Assembly: GCA_023301025.1 (NCBI GenBank)
Contig: JALZUR010000020.1
Location: 1,532-65,531, forward strand
Length of the DNA: 64,000 nucleotides
Source: Bdellovibrionales bacterium
GTDB taxonomy: Bacteria; Bdellovibrionota; Bdellovibrionia; Bdellovibrionales; UBA1609
Direction: 5' to 3'
Shown here: positions 60,570 to 64,000 of the stretch, one piece after another
How the letters are laid out: each line of letters begins with the position of its first letter
Position numbering within the stretch: the stretch's first letter is position 1
Translations under genes and position numbers: made by a program
The notes under the pieces: generated by a model
Seen by the model: only the letters and a program-made list of their open reading frames with translations
Told to the model about the DNA's origin: nothing
The model's database searches: none

Positions 60570-60695
60570 ATCTTTGTCTCAATCTGAATCAAAATAAAAC
60601 TCATTTATGAGTTAATTTACCAAATTTGTATTTTTTTATGAAACTTTATAAGCTTTAAGCGTGTTTAACTATTGGTAAACAAAAAGGGCTTATAA

Positions 60696-61271
60696 ATGTT
60701 AAAGAACTTAAAAAGTGGCCTTCTAAAGAAAAAAACTGATGATGAGCTTGTAAAGCTTATTTCAGAAGGTTCTGAGAGCAGTTTTCAGGTTTTATTTGAA
60801 AGATATGCCTCATTGGTTTTAGGTTTCTCTAAGAAAATGCTTGGCGGGCTTGATAAAGCTGAAGAGGCCTCACAAGAGGTTTGGCTTAAAGTAGTTAAAA
60901 ATGCACAGTCCTATGACTCAAGAGGACAGTTTAAGTCATGGCTTATGCGAGTTACTAAAAACCACTGCCTTAATGTTCTTAGAAAAGATTCAAGGCTTGT
61001 TTTTACAGATAAGCTTGTAGAAGCCCCTCCTGAAAACACTAAAGATGCTGAGGAGGCCATGCTTTTAAATCTTTCTATGAGAGACCTTTCAGAAGCTTTA
61101 GATAAACTTCCTGACACCCAACGGGTAGCACTTACGCTTCTTGCCACGACGGAGCCAAGTTATGAAGACCTTGCTGAAGAGATGGGTGTTTCACTAGGGG
61201 CTTTAAAAAGTATAGTTCACAGAGGAAGAAAGTCTTTAAAGCTTATATTAGAAACAGGAGCTGCAGTATAA
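60696..61271 (+). CDS. ECF RNA polymerase sigma factor
   Basis: DDELV, AEEASQEVWLK, FKSWLMRVTKNHC, region 4 SYEDLAEEMGVSLGALKSIVHRG. Confidence 0.93.
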   Translation: MLKNLKSGLLKKKTDDELVKLISEGSESSFQVLFERYASLVLGFSKKMLGGLDKAEEASQEVWLKVVKNAQSYDSRGQFKSWLMRVTKNHCLNVLRKDSRLVFTDKLVEAPPENTKDAEEAMLLNLSMRDLSEALDKLPDTQRVALTLLATTEPSYEDLAEEMGVSLGALKSIVHRGRKSLKLILETGAAV

Positions 61272-61603
61272 TGAAAAATGAAAATGAATTTTATGAGACT
61301 CCTACGGAAAGTCATAAAAAAGCTGTTATAAACACAGTAAAATCAGAACTTAAAAAAAATAAAGACTCTGCTCCCTCAAAGTATGCATTTTTTTCATGGC
61401 AAACAGCAGCTGTTACGGCTTTTGCTTCTTTATTTGTATACTTTCAATTAAACAATCCCTTACAAATTGACGAAATGAATTCTAACCTTATAACAGAGCT
61501 TGCATCACTTAAGCCCATTGAGCGTGAAGTGATTGAAGAGTTAGAGTTTGTTGAGTTTTTAGACCAAATGTCTGAACAAGAGATAAAGGAGATAACACTA
61601 TGA
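61271..61603 (+). CDS. Probable anti-sigma factor (single TM)
   Basis: Overlaps the sigma factor stop codon; central TM helix. Confidence 0.6.
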   Translation: MKNENEFYETPTESHKKAVINTVKSELKKNKDSAPSKYAFFSWQTAAVTAFASLFVYFQLNNPLQIDEMNSNLITELASLKPIEREVIEELEFVEFLDQMSEQEIKEITL

Positions 61604-61872
61604 TTAAAAAAACTTTTATTTTAATACTTTTTTTAAATTTTTCAGTTGTTAACTTTTCTTTTATTGACTCATCTTTTTCAAATACGGCTCAAGCCAGGAA
61701 AGGTCGCTCATCAGATTTTGACAACTATGAGCGTTATAAAAGCTACAATGCTCCAAAAAAGAAACATTTAAACGAAACATGGAAAAAGTTTAAAGAGCAG
61801 ACCCATTGGGATGAACTTTCAGATAAAGAACGCTCAGAACTTAAAAGAAAAGTTTTTAAGAAAAAAAAATAA
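61600..61872 (+). CDS. Small exported protein of the ECF operon
   Basis: ATGA overlap, signal peptide ending AQA, WDELSDKERSEL (DUF3106-like helix pattern). Confidence 0.55.
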   Translation: MIKKTFILILFLNFSVVNFSFIDSSFSNTAQARKGRSSDFDNYERYKSYNAPKKKHLNETWKKFKEQTHWDELSDKERSELKRKVFKKKK

Positions 61873-61901
61873 GACGTCTTAAACTTCAAAAAAAATCTGA
61901 C

Positions 61902-63149
61902 TCACTTAATTAGCCATGCACTCTGATACTCATGATCTGGATCATACATATCGGCTTGTTTTTTGATATTAAATATTCTGTCTCTGGGGTCAGAGCCCAC
62001 ACCAGCATTGTAATTCCAGTTACCCCAATTACTTTCAACATCAAAATCAATAAGGTATTTTTCAAAATGCTTAGCACCAAGGCGCCAGTCCAAGAACATA
62101 TGTTTTGCTAGGTAGCTTGCAACATTTTGACGCCCACGATTAGACATCCAACCTGTTTGATGCAGTTCAATCATATTTGCATTTACAAAAGGTTCTTTTG
62201 TCTCGCCTCTTGCCCATTGATTAAAATAAGCACCGTCTTTATCAACATCATCAATATAGAATACTTTATACCCAAGTCCATTAAGATTAAATATCTTATC
62301 TCCAAACTTTAAAGAATAGAGTTTGAAGTACTCTCTCCACATAAGTTCAAAGTAAATCCAGTAGGTAGATTCATTTTTTTCAACCTGCTCTTCATACTCT
62401 AACAATTCATTCATCACTGTAATTGGTGAAAGTGAACCCAATGCCATCCACGGAGAAAATTTTGTAGAGTCAAAAAAATCTATCATCCCATTTCTAGTTT
62501 CTTTGTAGGTCCTTGCACGATCTTGGTTCCAAAAATAGTTTTTTAGATGTTCAAGTGAAGATTTCTCTCCACCTGTAAACATATCATTTTTAGTTAAACG
62601 TTCTAATCTTTCATTTAAAACACTCACTGTCTTATGCTCTAGATCTATCGGTTTAAAAGAATCAAAAGTAAGTGATTTACCTATTGTACATTTATTTAGT
62701 TGTGTTTGTTTTTTCTCTATCTTTTTTCTAAAAGAAGTAAAGCCTTTCGGAAGCATTTCTAAAGAAAAAGGCAACTCACTCAAAGCATAAAGAGTAGAAT
62801 TTTCAACTTCAAAACACTCTGTATCTGACTGACAAGTCTTTTCTTTTAAAGTTTCAAATTCTTTTTGCTCCTTTGAATTATAAACTTTTGAAAAATAAAT
62901 TTGATCAAATAATTTTAGATCTAACTCTTCTAAACTATTTATAAAGTAGAGCTTATGGCCTACTTCATTAAGCTGCATTTCTAGCTCTAAGAGTGATTCA
63001 ATCAAAAATGAAAGTCTTGCCTCCCCCATTTCTTTAAAATCTTTCTTTAACCAGTATACAAAGGCACAAGATTTTGATTTTTTTAATACTTCAATAACCC
63101 TGTTTTCTTTTAATCTTAAGTCTTTGTTTAATAAATATAGTGATTTCAT
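61902..63149 (-). CDS. DASH-family cryptochrome
   Basis: DLRL, YKETRNGM, STKFSPW, WIYFELMWREYF, MSNRGRQNVASY, GVGSDPR. Confidence 0.9.
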   Translation of the reverse strand: MKSLYLLNKDLRLKENRVIEVLKKSKSCAFVYWLKKDFKEMGEARLSFLIESLLELEMQLNEVGHKLYFINSLEELDLKLFDQIYFSKVYNSKEQKEFETLKEKTCQSDTECFEVENSTLYALSELPFSLEMLPKGFTSFRKKIEKKQTQLNKCTIGKSLTFDSFKPIDLEHKTVSVLNERLERLTKNDMFTGGEKSSLEHLKNYFWNQDRARTYKETRNGMIDFFDSTKFSPWMALGSLSPITVMNELLEYEEQVEKNESTYWIYFELMWREYFKLYSLKFGDKIFNLNGLGYKVFYIDDVDKDGAYFNQWARGETKEPFVNANMIELHQTGWMSNRGRQNVASYLAKHMFLDWRLGAKHFEKYLIDFDVESNWGNWNYNAGVGSDPRDRIFNIKKQADMYDPDHEYQSAWLIK

Positions 63150-64000
63150 TTAAAAAATCCTTCTGCTTTGAGTTGGAAAATTTTTATTTTTACGACTTCC
63201 ATGCTTAAGGTAGACGGCTTTAGACTCTTGAATTACAGAAGACTTTTTTCTCCAATCAAAAATCGTATCTTTAGCTTTCTTGTAGGCTTTTTTGTGTTCA
63301 ACAATTGGCATCGGGTAGTTGTCTCCCAATCTGACATCAGCCATTTGTAAAATCATAGGTGGTGCATTCCAAGGTTCACTTAGAAATTTTGGATCAAGTT
63401 CTGATAGCTCTGGGCAGTACTCTTTTATAAAAAGTCCGTTTGGATCTTGATCTATTGTCTGCTTGATTGGGGAATAAATTCTTATGCTGTTGATCCCAGT
63501 GACTCCTGACTGCATCTGAAGTTGGCTGAAATGAATACCGGGTTCAAAATCAACAAAAAGCTTTGCAAGATGATGAGAGATCATACGCCAGTGAATCCAC
63601 AACTGATAACTTGCAAAACTCACAAGCATAGCTCTCATTCTAAAGTTGATCCAACCTTTCTGGATCAAAGCTCTCATGCAAGCATCAATTAAAGGATAAC
63701 CCGTTTCCCCTTTTTTCCAAGCCTCAAAATACATCTCATTGTGATGATCTTCTCTTAACCCATCAAAGGCTCGATTCATATTTCTAAATTCAATTTCTGG
63801 TTCACTCTCTATTTTTTGAATAAAATGACAGTGCCACCAGAGTCTACTTTCAAAAGATTTTAATGACCCATACCAATTCTTTTCTCTTTCAAAGCTTAAG
63901 CTTTTAATTTTATAGCGCTGTTCTTCGATACTTTGATGTATTTGAGTTAAGGACAGGTTTCCCCAACTGATATATGGGCTTACTCTACTGCATGAATTGA
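63150..64000 (-). CDS. Photolyase/cryptochrome family FAD-binding protein (5' part beyond the window)
   Basis: The frame stays open upstream of the track ORF: NSCSRVSPYISWGNLS..SRLWWHCHFIQK..GWINFRMRAML..QMQSGVTGIN. Confidence 0.9.
   Translation of the reverse strand, partial: NSCSRVSPYISWGNLSLTQIHQSIEEQRYKIKSLSFEREKNWYGSLKSFESRLWWHCHFIQKIESEPEIEFRNMNRAFDGLREDHHNEMYFEAWKKGETGYPLIDACMRALIQKGWINFRMRAMLVSFASYQLWIHWRMISHHLAKLFVDFEPGIHFSQLQMQSGVTGINSIRIYSPIKQTIDQDPNGLFIKEYCPELSELDPKFLSEPWNAPPMILQMADVRLGDNYPMPIVEHKKAYKKAKDTIFDWRKKSSVIQESKAVYLKHGSRKNKNFPTQSRRIF

Noticed and set aside
3605-63350. Short antisense or overlapping track ORFs (e.g. 3605, 4598, 7123, 18191, 25099, 29144, 31881, 44321, 47126, 49040, 54288)
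   Set aside because: They are shadow frames of well-supported genes. The Phe/Leu-rich ones (7123, 49040) are reverse complements of Lys-rich repeats.

Overview
AT-rich bacterial chromosomal segment. Gene content suggests a Bdellovibrionota-type (predatory, former deltaproteobacterial) genome; this is inferred from a DgcB-like FHA-GGDEF cyclase, a divergent str-linked EF-G, Flp/Tad pilins and many orphan secreted proteins. The core block (17.3-34.7 kb, minus strand) is tRNA-Thr/Tyr/Gly/Thr, tuf, tRNA-Trp, secE, nusG, rplKAJL, rpoBC, rpsLG and fusA. Other housekeeping genes are an alkaline phosphatase (partial), tRNA-Leu, gcvHT, folD, rlmB-like, pyrF, proS, ntrYX-like, ribH/ribB/ribE, clpB, murEF-mraY-murD, an ECF sigma trio and two photolyase-family genes. 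Accessory parts are a secreted-protein islet (7.5-12.9 kb), a reduced Flp/Tad cluster (13-17.3 kb) that includes a 52-aa pilin-like ORF missing from the ORF track, two Lys-rich H1-like proteins, and an SSB-like / HTH / winged-helix / secreted-protein islet (49.9-51.7 kb). The best leads are an unexplained plus-strand structured RNA candidate at about 44.03-44.33 kb, six sigma28-like promoters of which four would give leaderless mRNAs, the SSB-like regulator islet, an EF-G with a degenerate domain IV that is cut off from rpsLG by a terminator, and an NtrX-like regulator lacking both GAFTGA and Walker B. No CRISPR array, transposase, integrase or rRNA was seen. All calls are by eye and no database searches were run.
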